A DNA stretch of 64,000 bases from Candidatus Undinarchaeota archaeon (GCA_964636545.1 CAZWSR010000004.1:1-64000); one strand, 5' to 3'; numbered from the stretch's first letter, positions 35,024 to 47,556 are shown. Made by a program: numbers and translations. The notes: generated by a model not told the origin, from the letters alone.

Positions 35024-36505
35024 ATGGATTACAAACCACTTATTAAATCATTCATACAAGAAAACGGGCTGGTAACTCACCACATCAACTCGTTTAATGA
35101 TTTTATTGAGAGCGGATTACAAAGCGTTGTCACTGAAATCGGAAATATTAATCCAGAAATGGAAGAATATGAAATTAGATTGGATAAAATAAGTGTAGGT
35201 GTTCCTTGTGTAAAAGAAGCAAATGGGACAATACGAAAAATTTTCCCAAATGAAGCACGACTACGTGACTTAACTTATTCTGCACCACTTCTACTTTCAA
35301 TGACTCCAATACAAAATGGAACAGAGTTGGAGCAAATAGAAACACCTATCGGCGATCTTCCAATAATGCTTAGATCAAAAAAATGTCTTTTACACGGCCT
35401 TACTGCAGAAGAAATCACAAAAACAGGTGAGGATCCTGAAGATCCTGGTGGATATTTTATTGTAAACGGAACTGAGCGAGTACTTGTACTTGTTGAAGAT
35501 TTAGCAGCAAACATGATGAACATGAATCATGTTGCACTAGGAACTACAACAGAGAGTGTTAGAATTTTCTCAGAAAAAGAATGGTACAGACGCAGAAACA
35601 GTATAGACAGGAAAAAAGATGGCAGCCTTATTGTTAACATGCCACCATTCTCAAAACCAATTGAATTTATTGTTTTAATGCGTGCACTTGGAATGGATAG
35701 TGATGAATTAATTGTAAATTCAATATCCTCAAACCCACAAGTTCAAGGGGAACTTTATGTAAGTTTTGAAAGTGCAGCAGAAGCAGTTTCACGAAAAGAT
35801 GCTCTTGACCACCTTGGAAAGAAAATAGCATTTGGACAAGGAAGGCCAGAGAGAATACAAAGAGCAGAACGTATTCTTGACACATTTTTACTACCACATA
35901 TGGGTCTTGATCCAAAAGACAGGTTTGCAAAGGCACATTTCCTTGCAAAAATGACTGACAGGGTTATCAAACTCCATCTTGGCCTAACAGAAATTGACGA
36001 CAAGGATCATTATTCAAACAAGCGATTGCGTCTTGCAGGAAGCTTGTTTAAAGACCTTTTCCATGTAGCTTTCCGTGCTATGATAAACAATACTGTTTAC
36101 ACGCTAGAAAAAGCATATAAGCGAAACAGAAAATTCTCAATACATACTGCAATACGTTCAAATTTCTTAACAGACAGGATACAACATGCAATTGCAACTG
36201 GATCCTGGATTGGAAGCAGACAAGGAATTTCACAACATTTGGACCGCTTGAATTACATATCTGCAGCATCCCATAGGCGTCGTGTGCGTTCGCTTTTGAG
36301 CACAACACAACCGCACTTTGAAGCTCGTGATTTGCATGCAACCCACTGGGGCCGTTTGTGTCCAAGTGAAACACCAGAGGGTTCAAACATTGGTCTTGTG
36401 AAAAACTTATCAATTATGTCAAAAATTTCAACAAAAAAAGATGATGTTTTGATAACTGAAACACTTGAAAAGATGGATGTTAAATTGGAGGGAGCAAAAA
36501 AATGA
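35024..36505 (+). CDS. rpoB2: RNA polymerase subunit B'' (Rpo2 N-terminal part)
   Basis: EARLRDLTY, GGYFIVNG.ERV, DHY.NKRL, CPSETPEG. Confidence 0.97.
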   Translation: MDYKPLIKSFIQENGLVTHHINSFNDFIESGLQSVVTEIGNINPEMEEYEIRLDKISVGVPCVKEANGTIRKIFPNEARLRDLTYSAPLLLSMTPIQNGTELEQIETPIGDLPIMLRSKKCLLHGLTAEEITKTGEDPEDPGGYFIVNGTERVLVLVEDLAANMMNMNHVALGTTTESVRIFSEKEWYRRRNSIDRKKDGSLIVNMPPFSKPIEFIVLMRALGMDSDELIVNSISSNPQVQGELYVSFESAAEAVSRKDALDHLGKKIAFGQGRPERIQRAERILDTFLLPHMGLDPKDRFAKAHFLAKMTDRVIKLHLGLTEIDDKDHYSNKRLRLAGSLFKDLFHVAFRAMINNTVYTLEKAYKRNRKFSIHTAIRSNFLTDRIQHAIATGSWIGSRQGISQHLDRLNYISAASHRRRVRSLLSTTQPHFEARDLHATHWGRLCPSETPEGSNIGLVKNLSIMSKISTKKDDVLITETLEKMDVKLEGAKK

Positions 36506-38337
36506 AAAAACAAATAACAACCTCTGTAAAAAAATATGATGTTTTTCTAAATGGAAAGTTCATTGGAAGTCATGAAAAACCAAATGAACTCGTGGATGAG
36601 CTTAAAAAACTTCGTACACAAGGAATTATCTCTGCTGAAGTCGGAATTGTTTTTGATGCAAAAGATGAAGTTAGAATAGTTTCAGATGCAGGACGACTCC
36701 TTAGACCTTTAATCAAAATTAAAGATGGAAAACCATTACTTACTGAAGACCAGCTTGAAAAAATAGGCAAAGGCGAAATGACTTGGTCAGAACTGGTTAG
36801 CAGAGGACTTATTGAGTATATTGATGCATCAGAAGAAGAAAGTGCATTTATTGCACTTAGAGAAGAAGATATTACAGAAGAGCATACTCATTTAGAAATA
36901 GATCCTTGTACTATTTTCGGAATTTGTGCAGGACTTGTCCCATTTTTGAACCATAACATGGCAACCCGTGTTACACTTGGTGCAAACATGGCAAAACAAG
37001 GAATTGGTGTATATTGTTCAAATTATGGAATCAGAACAGACACACAAAAACATGTTATGGTATATCCACAAAAACCAATGGTTAATACATTAGGAATGGA
37101 TATTGCAAAATTCGATTTACGTCCTTCAGGACAGAATTTTGTTGTTGCAGTTATATCTCATGGTGGTTACAACATGCAGGACGCACTTATCATAAACAAG
37201 GCATCTGTTGAGCGCGGTTTAGGAAGATCTGTTTTCTTTAGGTCATACAAAGCAGGGGAGCGAAAGTACCCTGGTGGACAAGTTGACATGATAGAAGTTC
37301 CAGACAAAGAAGTTCGTGGATACATGTCAGATGAATGCTATCGATATTTGGGAGATGATGGAATAATTGAACCAGAAAGCATAATCAATACAGATGATGT
37401 TCTTATTGGAAAAACTTCACCTCCAAGATTCCTTGAGGTTATTGAAGAATTCGGAATGTCTGTAAAACATCGAAGAGAAAGTTCAGTAACTGTACGAACA
37501 GGTGAAGAAGGAATTGTTGATAAGGTAATTCTTTCAGAATCACTAGACGGCGACAAGATTGTTAAAATTAAAACAAGAGATCCAAGAATACCAACAGTTG
37601 GTGACAAATTTGCATCAAGACACGGACAGAAAGGAGTTATTGGAATGATTCTTCCACAAGAAGATACACCATTTACTGAATCTGGAATAGTGCCAGATCT
37701 TCTTTTGAATCCTCACGCAATTCCATCTCGTATGACTGTGGGACAATTGCTTGAAACAATTGGTGGAAAAGTTGGGTCACTAAATGGAAGAACAGTAGAT
37801 GGCACAGCATTTTCAGGAGAACCAGAAGAAAATATGAGAAAAGAGCTTGAAGCACTTGGATTCAAGAGCAATGGAAAGGAAGTTCTTTATGATGGAATAA
37901 CTGGTGTACGACTTGAAGCTGAAATTTACATTGGTGTTGTTTATTATCAAAAACTAAAACACATGGTAGCTGACAAGATAAGAGCAAGGTCAAGAGGACC
38001 TGTTCAGATTCTTACAAGACAGCCAACAGCAGGAAAAGCACGAGAAGGTGGTCTGCGTCTTGGAGAGATGGAAAAGGACTGTCTTGTTGGACATGGAGCT
38101 GCATTGTTGCTAAAAGAACGGTTGCTTGATGAATCTGATAAAACAACTGTTCCGATTTGTAGTCAGTGTGGGCTTGTTGCTGTTTATGACAAATTCCGAG
38201 ATTACAGTTACTGCACAATCTGCGGTGAGAATGTTGACATAACCTTTGTTGAATTGTCTTATGCATTCAAATTGCTACTTGATGAAATGAAATCAATGTG
38301 TATTTATCCAAAGCTTGTGCTGGGAGAAAAGGGGTGA
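36502..38337 (+). CDS. rpoB1: RNA polymerase subunit B' (Rpo2 C-terminal part)
   Basis: GDKFASRHGQKG, NPHAIPSRMT, GGLRLGEME.D. Confidence 0.97.
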   Translation: MKKQITTSVKKYDVFLNGKFIGSHEKPNELVDELKKLRTQGIISAEVGIVFDAKDEVRIVSDAGRLLRPLIKIKDGKPLLTEDQLEKIGKGEMTWSELVSRGLIEYIDASEEESAFIALREEDITEEHTHLEIDPCTIFGICAGLVPFLNHNMATRVTLGANMAKQGIGVYCSNYGIRTDTQKHVMVYPQKPMVNTLGMDIAKFDLRPSGQNFVVAVISHGGYNMQDALIINKASVERGLGRSVFFRSYKAGERKYPGGQVDMIEVPDKEVRGYMSDECYRYLGDDGIIEPESIINTDDVLIGKTSPPRFLEVIEEFGMSVKHRRESSVTVRTGEEGIVDKVILSESLDGDKIVKIKTRDPRIPTVGDKFASRHGQKGVIGMILPQEDTPFTESGIVPDLLLNPHAIPSRMTVGQLLETIGGKVGSLNGRTVDGTAFSGEPEENMRKELEALGFKSNGKEVLYDGITGVRLEAEIYIGVVYYQKLKHMVADKIRARSRGPVQILTRQPTAGKAREGGLRLGEMEKDCLVGHGAALLLKERLLDESDKTTVPICSQCGLVAVYDKFRDYSYCTICGENVDITFVELSYAFKLLLDEMKSMCIYPKLVLGEKG

Positions 38338-38342
38338 TTAAG

Positions 38343-40907
38343 ATGACAGGAGACTTTATTAGCAAAAAAATAGATTCGATAAAATTCGGCATATTATCAC
38401 CGAAAATGATGAAGAAAATGGCAGTTGTGAAAATCATAACTCCAGATACTCACGACACTGATGGTTATCCAATTAAAAGTGGACTTATGGACCCAAGAAT
38501 GGGCGTTATTGATCCAGGATTGCGTTGCAGGACCTGTAAAAGCAAGATGGGCGACTGTCCAGGCCACTTTGGTTATATTGAGCTTGCAAGGCCAGTAATT
38601 CACTCAGGATATTCAAAAATGGTGAATAACATTCTTAGATCAACTTGTAAGGAATGTTCACGTGTTTTACTACCACAAAAGAAAATTGACGAGTACTTAG
38701 AAAAAATACAAAATGCTATTAGTGCAGAAGAATTTGAAGAAATAGTTGCTGAAGCAATAAAAGATGCAAAAAAGAAAAAGAAATGTCCGCACTGTGGTGA
38801 AACAAAACACAAAGTAAAATTCGACAAACCAACTACTTTTATTGAAAGTAACCAGCGCATTATGCCAACAGAAGTCAGGGAACGTTTGGAAAAAATACCT
38901 GATGATGATATTTTAATATTTGGACTAAACCCAGAGTGGTCACGGCCAGAATGGATGATCCTTACTCTGTTACCAGTACCGCCAGTTACTACAAGACCAT
39001 CAATCACACTTGAAACTGGAGAACGTTCAGAGGATGATTTAACACACAAACTTGTAGATATTATTCGACTTAATCAGCGTCTTAGGGAAAACATAGAAGC
39101 TGGAGCACCTCATTTGATTATTGAGGATCAATGGGAACTTGTACAATACCATGTAACAACTTACCTCGATAATGAAGTTTCAGGAGTTCCAACAGCAAGA
39201 CACAGGTCAGGAAGACCACTTAAGACACTTAAACAAAGACTAAAAGGAAAAGAAGGACGATTTAGAAGTTCTCTTGCAGGAAAACGTGTTGATTTTTCAG
39301 CACGAACAGTTGTTTCACCAGACCCAAACATTAGTATTGACGAAGTTGGAATCCCATATTTAATTGCAAAAGAAATGACAATACCTGAAAGAGTTACGCC
39401 TAGAAACCATGAAATACTAAAAGCTCTTGTAATAAATGGTATAGATACTTATCCAGGTGCAAATTACATTATACGACCAGATGGAAAAAGAAAAAGAGTA
39501 ACAGACGAGAATAAAGAAGAACTTGCTGATGAAATTGATACTGGATATGTTGTTGAAAGACATCTTAGAGACAATGATATTGTGCTATTCAACCGGCAAC
39601 CATCACTTCACAGAATGAGTATAATGGCCCACAGAGTACGTGTTCTTCCATACAACACATTCCGTTTGAACTTATCTGTTTGTGCACCATACAATGCCGA
39701 TTTTGATGGAGATGAAATGAATCTGCATGTTCCGCAAACTGAAGAAGCAAGAACAGAAGCTCGTTTACTAATGAGTGTTCAGACACAAATTCGTTCACCA
39801 AGATTTGCTGGACCAATTATTGGAGCAATTCACGACCACATAACAGGACTTTACTTCCTAACAATAAATGAATTAACAGAAAACCAAGCAGCAGATATGC
39901 TAACAAAAGCTGGTTATACTGGAAAACCAATAAAAGGCAAAGCAGGAAAAGTTCATGGACGAGAAATATTCAGTGCATTTATACCAGAAGGTATTTGGTT
40001 GAAATTCAAAACTAAATCTGGAGACAAAGTTGAAATAAAAAACGGGCAAATGCTAAGCGGATTTGTTGATGACCGAGCGGTTGGTGCAATGAGTGGTAGA
40101 TTACTTGATGAAATTCTCAGAAAACACGGACCAAGAGGAGTAAAAGATTTCTTAGATGGAATTACAAAACTTGGAATCGCATACTTGGATCTTTATGGAT
40201 TTACAACAGGTCTTGATGAAGAAGATCTTCCTGAAAAAGTTAGAGAAAACATAAATAATGCCATTAAAAAATCAGAGAAAAAAGTTGAAGATCTTGCTCA
40301 AGATTACAGAGAAGGAAAGCTAAAACCATCAAAAGGAAAAAGTGTAACAGACACTCTTGAAGAACTTATAATGCTTGAATTAAATAAGGCAAGAAACAGC
40401 GCAGGAGAACTTGCTGAAAAAGATCTTAAGAGCACAAATTTCGCACTTGCCATGGCAAAAACAGGAGCAAGAGGAAGTTTGCTGAACATAACTCAGATGA
40501 GTGCTTGTATTGGACAGCAAGTTGTTCGAGGTAAGAGAATTATGAGAGGTTATGCAAAAAGAACATTGCCACACTTTAGTGAAACAGATCTTGGAGCAAA
40601 AGCTCATGGATTTGTAAGATCTAATTACAAAAGCGGAATGGGACCAATTGAGTTCTTCTTCCACTCAATGGGTGGACGCGAATCATTGACAGATACTGCT
40701 ATGCGAACACCTAAGTCAGGATACCTGCAACGCAGATTAATAAATGCAATGCAGGACGTTGTTGTTGATTACAATGAAACAGTAAAAGATGGTAGGGGGA
40801 TCGTTATCCAGTTCAAATATGGTGATGATGGCGTTGACCCAAGTAAAAGTGACCATGGAAGAGCTGTGAATGTTACTAAGGCAATAAAAGATGTGGTGTA
40901 TAAATAA
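38343..40907 (+). CDS. rpoA1: RNA polymerase subunit A' (Rpo1N)
   Basis: CPGHFG, catalytic NADFDGDEMN; start set at ATG 38343 after the GGGGTGA SD. Confidence 0.98.
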   Translation: MTGDFISKKIDSIKFGILSPKMMKKMAVVKIITPDTHDTDGYPIKSGLMDPRMGVIDPGLRCRTCKSKMGDCPGHFGYIELARPVIHSGYSKMVNNILRSTCKECSRVLLPQKKIDEYLEKIQNAISAEEFEEIVAEAIKDAKKKKKCPHCGETKHKVKFDKPTTFIESNQRIMPTEVRERLEKIPDDDILIFGLNPEWSRPEWMILTLLPVPPVTTRPSITLETGERSEDDLTHKLVDIIRLNQRLRENIEAGAPHLIIEDQWELVQYHVTTYLDNEVSGVPTARHRSGRPLKTLKQRLKGKEGRFRSSLAGKRVDFSARTVVSPDPNISIDEVGIPYLIAKEMTIPERVTPRNHEILKALVINGIDTYPGANYIIRPDGKRKRVTDENKEELADEIDTGYVVERHLRDNDIVLFNRQPSLHRMSIMAHRVRVLPYNTFRLNLSVCAPYNADFDGDEMNLHVPQTEEARTEARLLMSVQTQIRSPRFAGPIIGAIHDHITGLYFLTINELTENQAADMLTKAGYTGKPIKGKAGKVHGREIFSAFIPEGIWLKFKTKSGDKVEIKNGQMLSGFVDDRAVGAMSGRLLDEILRKHGPRGVKDFLDGITKLGIAYLDLYGFTTGLDEEDLPEKVRENINNAIKKSEKKVEDLAQDYREGKLKPSKGKSVTDTLEELIMLELNKARNSAGELAEKDLKSTNFALAMAKTGARGSLLNITQMSACIGQQVVRGKRIMRGYAKRTLPHFSETDLGAKAHGFVRSNYKSGMGPIEFFFHSMGGRESLTDTAMRTPKSGYLQRRLINAMQDVVVDYNETVKDGRGIVIQFKYGDDGVDPSKSDHGRAVNVTKAIKDVVYK

Positions 40908-40920
40908 GGAGGTATGAAAA

Positions 40921-42078
40921 ATGGTAAATGAAATTCAAAAAATTATTGATGACAAAAATATTGAACTGCCACTTATAGTTATAAAAAAACTAGAGAAACG
41001 ACTTAAAGATGGAAAAGTTAAGAAAAAAGATCTTCCAGCTGTTATTGACCACATAAGTGATGTTTATGATAAAGCAAAAATTGAGCCAGGCGAAGGTGTA
41101 GGAGTTCTTGCAGCACAGTCAATTGGAGAACCAGGAACACAGATGATGATGAGAACAAAGCACTATGCTGGAACTGCTATGGACGTTACTCGTGGATTGC
41201 CTAGATTAATTGAACTTGTGGATGCTCGTCGTACTCCAAAAACACCAATGATGAGTGTTTATCTAACGAAAGACTACAATGTTGCTGATAAAGCAGAGAA
41301 ACTTGCATATTCAATTAAAGAAACAACAATAAGACATATTGCAAAATCAATTAAATTAGATTTCTTGAAATATAGAGCAATCATAGATATTGATAAAGAA
41401 GAGATGAGGATGCGTGGCCTAACACCAAAAGCAATGAAAGAGATTCTTGATGAAAAATTCAAGAAACGCGTTTCAATGGAAGGTAGCACAGTGATGATAA
41501 AAGCTCCAAAGAAAGTTGCTTCAGCACTGCAAAAATTAAGAGGAGAAGTAATAAGCACACATCTTTCAGGAATAAAAGGCGTAAGTTATGTTGTTATTCA
41601 AAAAGAAGATCGTGATTATGCAATTTACACAAAAGGCACAAACCTCAAAGATATGCTAGCTATGAAAGGAATTGATACTATAAAGACAAAAACAAATGAT
41701 ATAAGAGAAATTGAAGCTCTTTTTGGAATAGAAGCTGCAAGAAATATTCTTGTTGAAGAAATAACAGATACTTTGAAAGAAGCAGGACTTGTTGTTGATT
41801 CAAGACATGTTAGTTTAGTTTCTGACACTATGTGCTCAGATGGAAAAATAAAAGCAATAGGAAGGCACGGAGTTTCTGGTCAAAAAGCATCAGTTCTTGC
41901 ACGAGCAAGCTTTGAAGAAACAGTAAAACACTTGTTAAAAGCAAGTGCATATGGAGAAGAAGACAAGCTAAAAGGAGTTGTTGAAAATATCATAGTTGGA
42001 CAGATAATAGCACTTGGAACTGGAATACCTGAATTGATCATGAGGAGTACAGAAACACCAAAGAAAAAATCAAAATGA
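40921..42078 (+). CDS. rpoA2: RNA polymerase subunit A'' (Rpo1C)
   Basis: [28 protein letters not shown]. Confidence 0.98.
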   Translation: MVNEIQKIIDDKNIELPLIVIKKLEKRLKDGKVKKKDLPAVIDHISDVYDKAKIEPGEGVGVLAAQSIGEPGTQMMMRTKHYAGTAMDVTRGLPRLIELVDARRTPKTPMMSVYLTKDYNVADKAEKLAYSIKETTIRHIAKSIKLDFLKYRAIIDIDKEEMRMRGLTPKAMKEILDEKFKKRVSMEGSTVMIKAPKKVASALQKLRGEVISTHLSGIKGVSYVVIQKEDRDYAIYTKGTNLKDMLAMKGIDTIKTKTNDIREIEALFGIEAARNILVEEITDTLKEAGLVVDSRHVSLVSDTMCSDGKIKAIGRHGVSGQKASVLARASFEETVKHLLKASAYGEEDKLKGVVENIIVGQIIALGTGIPELIMRSTETPKKKSK

Positions 42079-42494
42079 TAAAACTCAACACAGACACATT
42101 ACTATACATCGCTGCATTGGAAAAAACAAGTGGCACCCGCGTAAAAGATTGTATTGTAACGGATACAGAGATAATATACATAGTTGATGAAGAAAACCTA
42201 GGAAAAGCAATAGGAAAAAACGGACAGCATGCGAACAAGATAAGAAATGCATTGGGAAAACAGGTTAGAATTATTGGATTTAACGCAGATCCACAAAAAT
42301 TCACAAGAAATCTGATTGGGTTAGTTGAACCAAAATCAATAATACTCGAAGAAACAGAGACCGAAAAGCATATAATAGTGGAGTCAGATTACAAAACTCA
42401 CAGTTCCATCCGAGGGAAGCATGGCAAGAAGCTTAAAATAGTAAGAGATTTACTCAAACGCCACCATAATGTCGATGATGTCATATTAAAATGA
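42075..42494 (+). CDS. nusA: Archaeal NusA
   Basis: KH motif GKAIGK.G; position after rpoA2. Confidence 0.93.
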   Translation: MIKLNTDTLLYIAALEKTSGTRVKDCIVTDTEIIYIVDEENLGKAIGKNGQHANKIRNALGKQVRIIGFNADPQKFTRNLIGLVEPKSIILEETETEKHIIVESDYKTHSSIRGKHGKKLKIVRDLLKRHHNVDDVILK

Positions 42495-42560
42495 ACGTTG
42501 TTCGTCTTTAGTAATTCGTTTTTAGTAAACGAATAACGAACAACCAAAAACAAAAAACGA
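42495..42560. repeat. Heptad imperfect palindrome, family 1
   Basis: acgttgt tcgtctt tagtaat tcgtttt tagt-aa-acga ataacga acaacca aaaacaa aaaacga. Confidence 0.85.
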
Positions 42561-42579
42561 GGATAAATAGGAAAAACAC

Positions 42580-43017
42580 ATGGCAAATAAACCAAGAGGA
42601 CTTTACACTGCAAGAAAACTGAAAAAAATACGAAAACAGTTCAGGTGGAAGGACTCAGATTATAAGAGAAAAGCCCTTAGCTTAGATGTTAAGGCATCAC
42701 CATTAGGTGGAGCACCGCAGGCACGAGGAATTGTACTTGAGAAAGTTGGACTTGAAGCAAAACAACCAAACTCAGCTATTCGAAAGTGTGTCAAGGTACA
42801 GCTCATCCGAAATGGTAAGACAGTTACTGCTTTTGCACCAGGAAACAACGCAATTGGGTTCATTGATGAGCACGATGAAGTTGAAATCGCTGGTATTCAC
42901 GGACCAAAAGGAAAATCTATGGGAGATATCCCCGGAGTTAGGTACAAAGTTATCTCAGTAAGCGGCATGTGTTTGGACCAACTTGTTAGAGGAAAGAAGG
43001 AGAAACCAGTGAGGTAA
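42580..43017 (+). CDS. rps12: 30S ribosomal protein uS12
   Basis: [19 protein letters not shown]. Confidence 0.98.
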   Translation: MANKPRGLYTARKLKKIRKQFRWKDSDYKRKALSLDVKASPLGGAPQARGIVLEKVGLEAKQPNSAIRKCVKVQLIRNGKTVTAFAPGNNAIGFIDEHDEVEIAGIHGPKGKSMGDIPGVRYKVISVSGMCLDQLVRGKKEKPVR

Positions 43018-43019
43018 AG

Positions 43020-43625
43020 ATGAACAAGATGCTACTTTTTGAAAAATGGGACACAAGTGAAGTGATTGTTGCTGATTTAGGACTTAGAAAATATTTGAAA
43101 ATCACTCAAACAATTATGCCAAACAAGTTTGGAAAAGGAGCAAACAAACGCTTTGGAAAAGAAGAAACACACGTTGTTGAGCGCCTTGGAAACAAACTTA
43201 TGGTTACAGGTCATATGAAAGATTCTAGAGTTCACAAAAGAGTTTCTGGACGAGACACAGGGAAAAAACAAACAGTTTACAGAATAATTAAAGGTGCATT
43301 TGAAAGAGTTGAGAAAAAAGCAAAAATGAATCCCGTTCAAGCACTTGTAAAAGCAATTGAAAATGCAGCACCAAGAGAAGAAACAACTAGAATCAGGCAA
43401 GGTGGAATAATTGCTCACAGGGCAGTTGATGTTTCCCCAGCAAGACGTGCAGATATTTCTTTAAGTTTTATAACACATGGAGCAGCGCAGCGTGCATTTA
43501 ACAAAAAACAACCAATGGCAGCTGCACTAGCTGAAGAAATACTAAGTGCAATGAATTATGATACAAAAACGTATTCAATTTCAAAAAGAGAAGAGCTTGA
43601 GCGAGTTGCTCAAAGCGCAAGGTGA
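43020..43625 (+). CDS. rps7: 30S ribosomal protein uS7
   Basis: NP.Q..V.AIEN.APREE, VD.SP.RR.D, ERVA.S.R. Confidence 0.98.
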   Translation: MNKMLLFEKWDTSEVIVADLGLRKYLKITQTIMPNKFGKGANKRFGKEETHVVERLGNKLMVTGHMKDSRVHKRVSGRDTGKKQTVYRIIKGAFERVEKKAKMNPVQALVKAIENAAPREETTRIRQGGIIAHRAVDVSPARRADISLSFITHGAAQRAFNKKQPMAAALAEEILSAMNYDTKTYSISKREELERVAQSAR

Positions 43626-43632
43626 TAAATAA

Positions 43633-45831
43633 ATGGCAAGAAAAGAAGATATTGTTGCAAAAGTTTCAGAATTAATGTGGAAACCAGAACAGATCCGCAA
43701 TATAGGTATTGTGGCTCATATTGATCACGGCAAGACCACTTTGTCAGATAATCTTCTAGCTGGATCAGGTATGCTTTCAGAAGAAATTGCAGGAAAAGCA
43801 TGTGCACTTGATTTTGATGAACAAGAACAGAATAGAGGAATTACAATTAATGCAGCTAATGTTTCACTTTTACACACACATGAGGGAAAAGAACACCTCA
43901 TAAACTTGATTGATACCCCAGGACATGTTGATTTTGGAGGCGATGTTATTAGAGCAATGCGTGCTGTTGACGGAGCAGTTGTTGTTGTATGCGCTGTTGA
44001 AGGTGCAATGCCACAGACAGAAACCGTACTCAGACAAGCAATCAGAGAGCGAGTAAAGCCAATTCTTTTCATAAACAAAGTTGACAGAATGATTCGCGAA
44101 TTAAAACTAACACCAGAAGAAATGCAACAGCGATTCATCAAAGCAATTGCACGAGTAAATGAACTTATTAGTAGAAACCTCCCAGATGAACTTAAAAACG
44201 ACCCAAATTGGAAAGTAAAAGTTGAAGATGGAAGCGTACTTTTCGGTTCTGCGTTTCACAATTGGGCACTTTCATTCCCACACATGCAAAAATTAAATCT
44301 TTCATTCAAAGATATTATTGAAGCATATGCTGATGAAGATTCTTGGAAAACACTTGGAAAGAAAGCTCCATTAAATGGAATTCTTCTTGACATGGTTGTA
44401 AAACATCACCCAAATCCAGTAACTGCACAAAAATACAGAATTCCACAGATTTGGCCTGGTGAAGACAAAGAACTTGAAGCAAAAATGGCTGAATGTAAAC
44501 CAGATGGCCCACTTGCACTTATGGTTACAAAAATGATTTCAGATCCACATGCTGGCGATATTGCAACAGGCAGATTATTCTCAGGAACAATTGAAACAGG
44601 AAAAGAAGTTCATCTTGTAAACCGCAATCAAACACTACGACTTCAGCAAGTTGGAATTTATATGGGTGCTGATCGTTCAAAAATTGAAAAAATTCCAGCA
44701 GGAAACATTGTAGCTCTTGTTGGTGTAAAATCAGCAACTTCAGGAGAAACAATTTGTGATCCTGAAAACATACTTATTCCATTTGAAGCAATTCAAGAAG
44801 CAGAACCAGTTGTTACAGAAGCACTTGAAGCAAAAAACACAGCTGATTTGCCAAAACTTATTGAAGTTCTACGAAGTATTGAAAAAGAAGATCCATCTAT
44901 TCATGTTGAAATTGATGAAGAAACTGGCGAACACAAAATGTCAGGAATGGGTGAATTGCACTTGGAAATTTGGAAATACAGAATTGAAAAAGACAAAAAT
45001 GTTCCAATTAACTCTTCAGATCCTATTGTTGTTTACAGAGAAACTGTTTCAAAACAATCACCAGAAGTTGAAGGAAAATCTCCAAACAAGCATAATAAAT
45101 TTTTCATGATTGCTGAACCACTAGAACAGCCAATTTTTGATGCAATTAAAGAAGGGAAAATCAGGCAAGGAACTGTGAAAAAGAAAGAATACAACAAACT
45201 TTTGCAGGAACTTAACGTGGACAAGCACGAAATCAAGGGATTCACACACGTTTATGGAAATAATGTGTTAATTAACATGGTTAAAGGAGAAGTTCATATT
45301 GGAGAGATAATGGAGCTTGTAAAGGAGGGATTTGATTCTGTTATGAAAAAAGGCCCAATTTCAGATGAAAAATGCTCAGGAATCAAGATAAAACTTATGG
45401 ATACAAAGCTTCACGAAGATGCTATTCACAGAGGCCCAGCACAGGTACTCCCAGCTGTAAGAACCGCTATCAAGGCAGCAATGTTGCTTGGCGGCACTTA
45501 TTTACTTGAACCTAAACAAAACATATATATACGGGTACCGGAGGAATATATGGGTGCAGTTAACCGCGAAATGCAGAGCAGACGCGGTCAAATTCTTGAT
45601 ATGCAACCTGAGGGAGATCAGATGGCAATCACTGCAAAAGCACCTGTAGCATCAATGTTCGGGTTTGCAGGCGAAATACGATCAGCAACTGAAGGCCGTG
45701 TTCTCTGGAGTACAGAAAATGCTGGCTTTGAGAAGCTTCCGCAAGAGCTGCAACCGAAAATCATAAAAGAGATAAGGCAGAGAAAAGGCCTGAAAGAAGA
45801 CCTGCCAACACCACAAGAGCTGTTGGGATAG
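43633..45831 (+). CDS. fusA: Elongation factor EF-2
   Basis: [21 protein letters not shown], diphthamide loop HEDAIHRG. Confidence 0.99.
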   Translation: MARKEDIVAKVSELMWKPEQIRNIGIVAHIDHGKTTLSDNLLAGSGMLSEEIAGKACALDFDEQEQNRGITINAANVSLLHTHEGKEHLINLIDTPGHVDFGGDVIRAMRAVDGAVVVVCAVEGAMPQTETVLRQAIRERVKPILFINKVDRMIRELKLTPEEMQQRFIKAIARVNELISRNLPDELKNDPNWKVKVEDGSVLFGSAFHNWALSFPHMQKLNLSFKDIIEAYADEDSWKTLGKKAPLNGILLDMVVKHHPNPVTAQKYRIPQIWPGEDKELEAKMAECKPDGPLALMVTKMISDPHAGDIATGRLFSGTIETGKEVHLVNRNQTLRLQQVGIYMGADRSKIEKIPAGNIVALVGVKSATSGETICDPENILIPFEAIQEAEPVVTEALEAKNTADLPKLIEVLRSIEKEDPSIHVEIDEETGEHKMSGMGELHLEIWKYRIEKDKNVPINSSDPIVVYRETVSKQSPEVEGKSPNKHNKFFMIAEPLEQPIFDAIKEGKIRQGTVKKKEYNKLLQELNVDKHEIKGFTHVYGNNVLINMVKGEVHIGEIMELVKEGFDSVMKKGPISDEKCSGIKIKLMDTKLHEDAIHRGPAQVLPAVRTAIKAAMLLGGTYLLEPKQNIYIRVPEEYMGAVNREMQSRRGQILDMQPEGDQMAITAKAPVASMFGFAGEIRSATEGRVLWSTENAGFEKLPQELQPKIIKEIRQRKGLKEDLPTPQELLG

Positions 45832-45868
45832 ATCATAATCATCCATATTTGGAGGATAACAAACTAAA

Positions 45869-47149
45869 ATGGCAAGTAAAAAACCACACATGAATATAGT
45901 ATTCGTCGGCCACGTAGATCACGGAAAGTCTACCTCAGTCGGCAGAATCCTCTTTGACACTGGAAATATTCCAGAGCAAGAGATGAAAAAAATCCAAGAA
46001 GAAGCTAAAAAGCTCGGAAAGGAAACTTTCGGACTAGCTTTTGTAATGGATAGAATGAAAGAAGAACGTGAGCGTGGTCTTACAATTGACGTAGCACACA
46101 AAAAATTCGAGACTGCAAAGTATTACTTTACAATTATCGACGCACCAGGGCACAGAGATTTTGTCAAGAACATGATCACTGGTACTTCTCAAGCTGATGC
46201 AGCTGTCCTAGTGGTTGCTGCAAAAGATGGAATTCAGCCACAAACAAAAGAGCACGCATGGCTTATCAAAACTTTGGGCGTTAATCAGTTGATTATTGAA
46301 GTCAACAAGATGGACGAAGTCAAATATGACGAGAAGAAGTTTGAAGAAGTCAAGAAACAAGTTGGCGAACTTTTGAAACCAATTGGTGTCAAGGTAGAAG
46401 ATGTTGTATTTGTTCCAACAGCTGCTTTTGCAACTGGCGAGAACATGACCAAGAAAGCTGGCGAGAACATGAGCTGGTACAAAGGTCCAATGTTAATTGA
46501 CGCACTTGACAATTTAAAAGCACCTGACAAAATGACTGACAAGCCACTACGTGTGCCAATTCAGGACGTTTACACCATCACTGGTGTTGGAACTGTTCCT
46601 GTTGGTCGTGTTGAAACTGGTCTTCTAAAACCTGGTCAGAAAGTTGTATTTGAACCTTCTGGCGCATCAGGCGAAGTTAAATCAGTTGAGATGCACCACG
46701 AAATGCTTGATCAGGCAGAACCTGGCGACAATGTCGGTTTCAATGTCCGAGGCCTTGCAAAGAATGAAGCAAAACGCGGAGATGTTTGCGGAACAGCTGA
46801 CAGTCCACCAACAGTTGCTGAAGAATTTACAGCACAGATTGTTGTACTACAGCACCCAACAGCAATTACTGTAGGATACACTCCAGTGTTCCACTGCCAC
46901 ACTACGCAGGTTGCATGCACTTTCACAGAACTTGTGAAGAAAATCAACCCAGCAACAGGTGAAGTAATTGCAGAGAACCCAGACATGCTGAAAACAGGCG
47001 ACGCTGCAATTGTCAAACTGAAACCAACAAGGCCACTCTGTATTGAGAAGGCTGCTGACTTCCCACCACTTGGTAGATTCGCTATCAGAGATATGGGAGC
47101 AACAGTTGGCGCAGGTATGGTAACTGACGTTGTACCAAAGAAAAAATAA
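45869..47149 (+). CDS. tuf: Elongation factor EF-1alpha
   Basis: [30 protein letters not shown]. Confidence 0.99.
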   Translation: MASKKPHMNIVFVGHVDHGKSTSVGRILFDTGNIPEQEMKKIQEEAKKLGKETFGLAFVMDRMKEERERGLTIDVAHKKFETAKYYFTIIDAPGHRDFVKNMITGTSQADAAVLVVAAKDGIQPQTKEHAWLIKTLGVNQLIIEVNKMDEVKYDEKKFEEVKKQVGELLKPIGVKVEDVVFVPTAAFATGENMTKKAGENMSWYKGPMLIDALDNLKAPDKMTDKPLRVPIQDVYTITGVGTVPVGRVETGLLKPGQKVVFEPSGASGEVKSVEMHHEMLDQAEPGDNVGFNVRGLAKNEAKRGDVCGTADSPPTVAEEFTAQIVVLQHPTAITVGYTPVFHCHTTQVACTFTELVKKINPATGEVIAENPDMLKTGDAAIVKLKPTRPLCIEKAADFPPLGRFAIRDMGATVGAGMVTDVVPKKK

Positions 47150-47156
47150 ATAATCC

Positions 47157-47190
47157 TTGAGCGGGCTTAAACCCCCGTTCAACCCCTTTT
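47157..47190 (+). terminator. Hairpin plus short T-tract after tuf
   Basis: TTGAGCGGG-N8-CCCGTTCAA then CCCCTTTT. Confidence 0.55.
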
Positions 47191-47203
47191 ATATTATATT
47201 CAA

Positions 47204-47515
47204 ATGACACAAAAAGCAAGAATTCGATTGAGTGGCCCAGACATAGGGCAAATTAATGAAATTACTGAACAAATTAAAGGAATCGCAGACCAGAGTAAAA
47301 CTTCTTATTCAGGACCTATCCCATTACCAACAAAAAAACTGAAAATAACTACAAGAAAAAGTCCAGATGGGGAAGGAAAAGCAAGCTGGGAGAGATGGGA
47401 AATGCGTTTGCACAAAAGAGTTATTGATGTTGATCCAAATGAGAGAGCAATGAGACAAGTTATGCGTCTTCAAGTGCCTGATGGCATTAATATTGAGATT
47501 GAAGTTAAAGGATAG
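47204..47515 (+). CDS. rps10: 30S ribosomal protein uS10
   Basis: GPIPLPT, RKSP.GEG, WE.R.HKR. Confidence 0.98.
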   Translation: MTQKARIRLSGPDIGQINEITEQIKGIADQSKTSYSGPIPLPTKKLKITTRKSPDGEGKASWERWEMRLHKRVIDVDPNERAMRQVMRLQVPDGINIEIEVKG

Positions 47516-47556
47516 TTATAACGAAACTTTTTAAAGGAAGATTCTTTATTGTTTTT

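Noticed and set aside
35024-45831. Inteins or frameshifts in RNA polymerase subunits and EF-2
   Set aside because: Lengths and motif spacing are normal; the B''/B' and A'/A'' splits are known archaeal gene structures.
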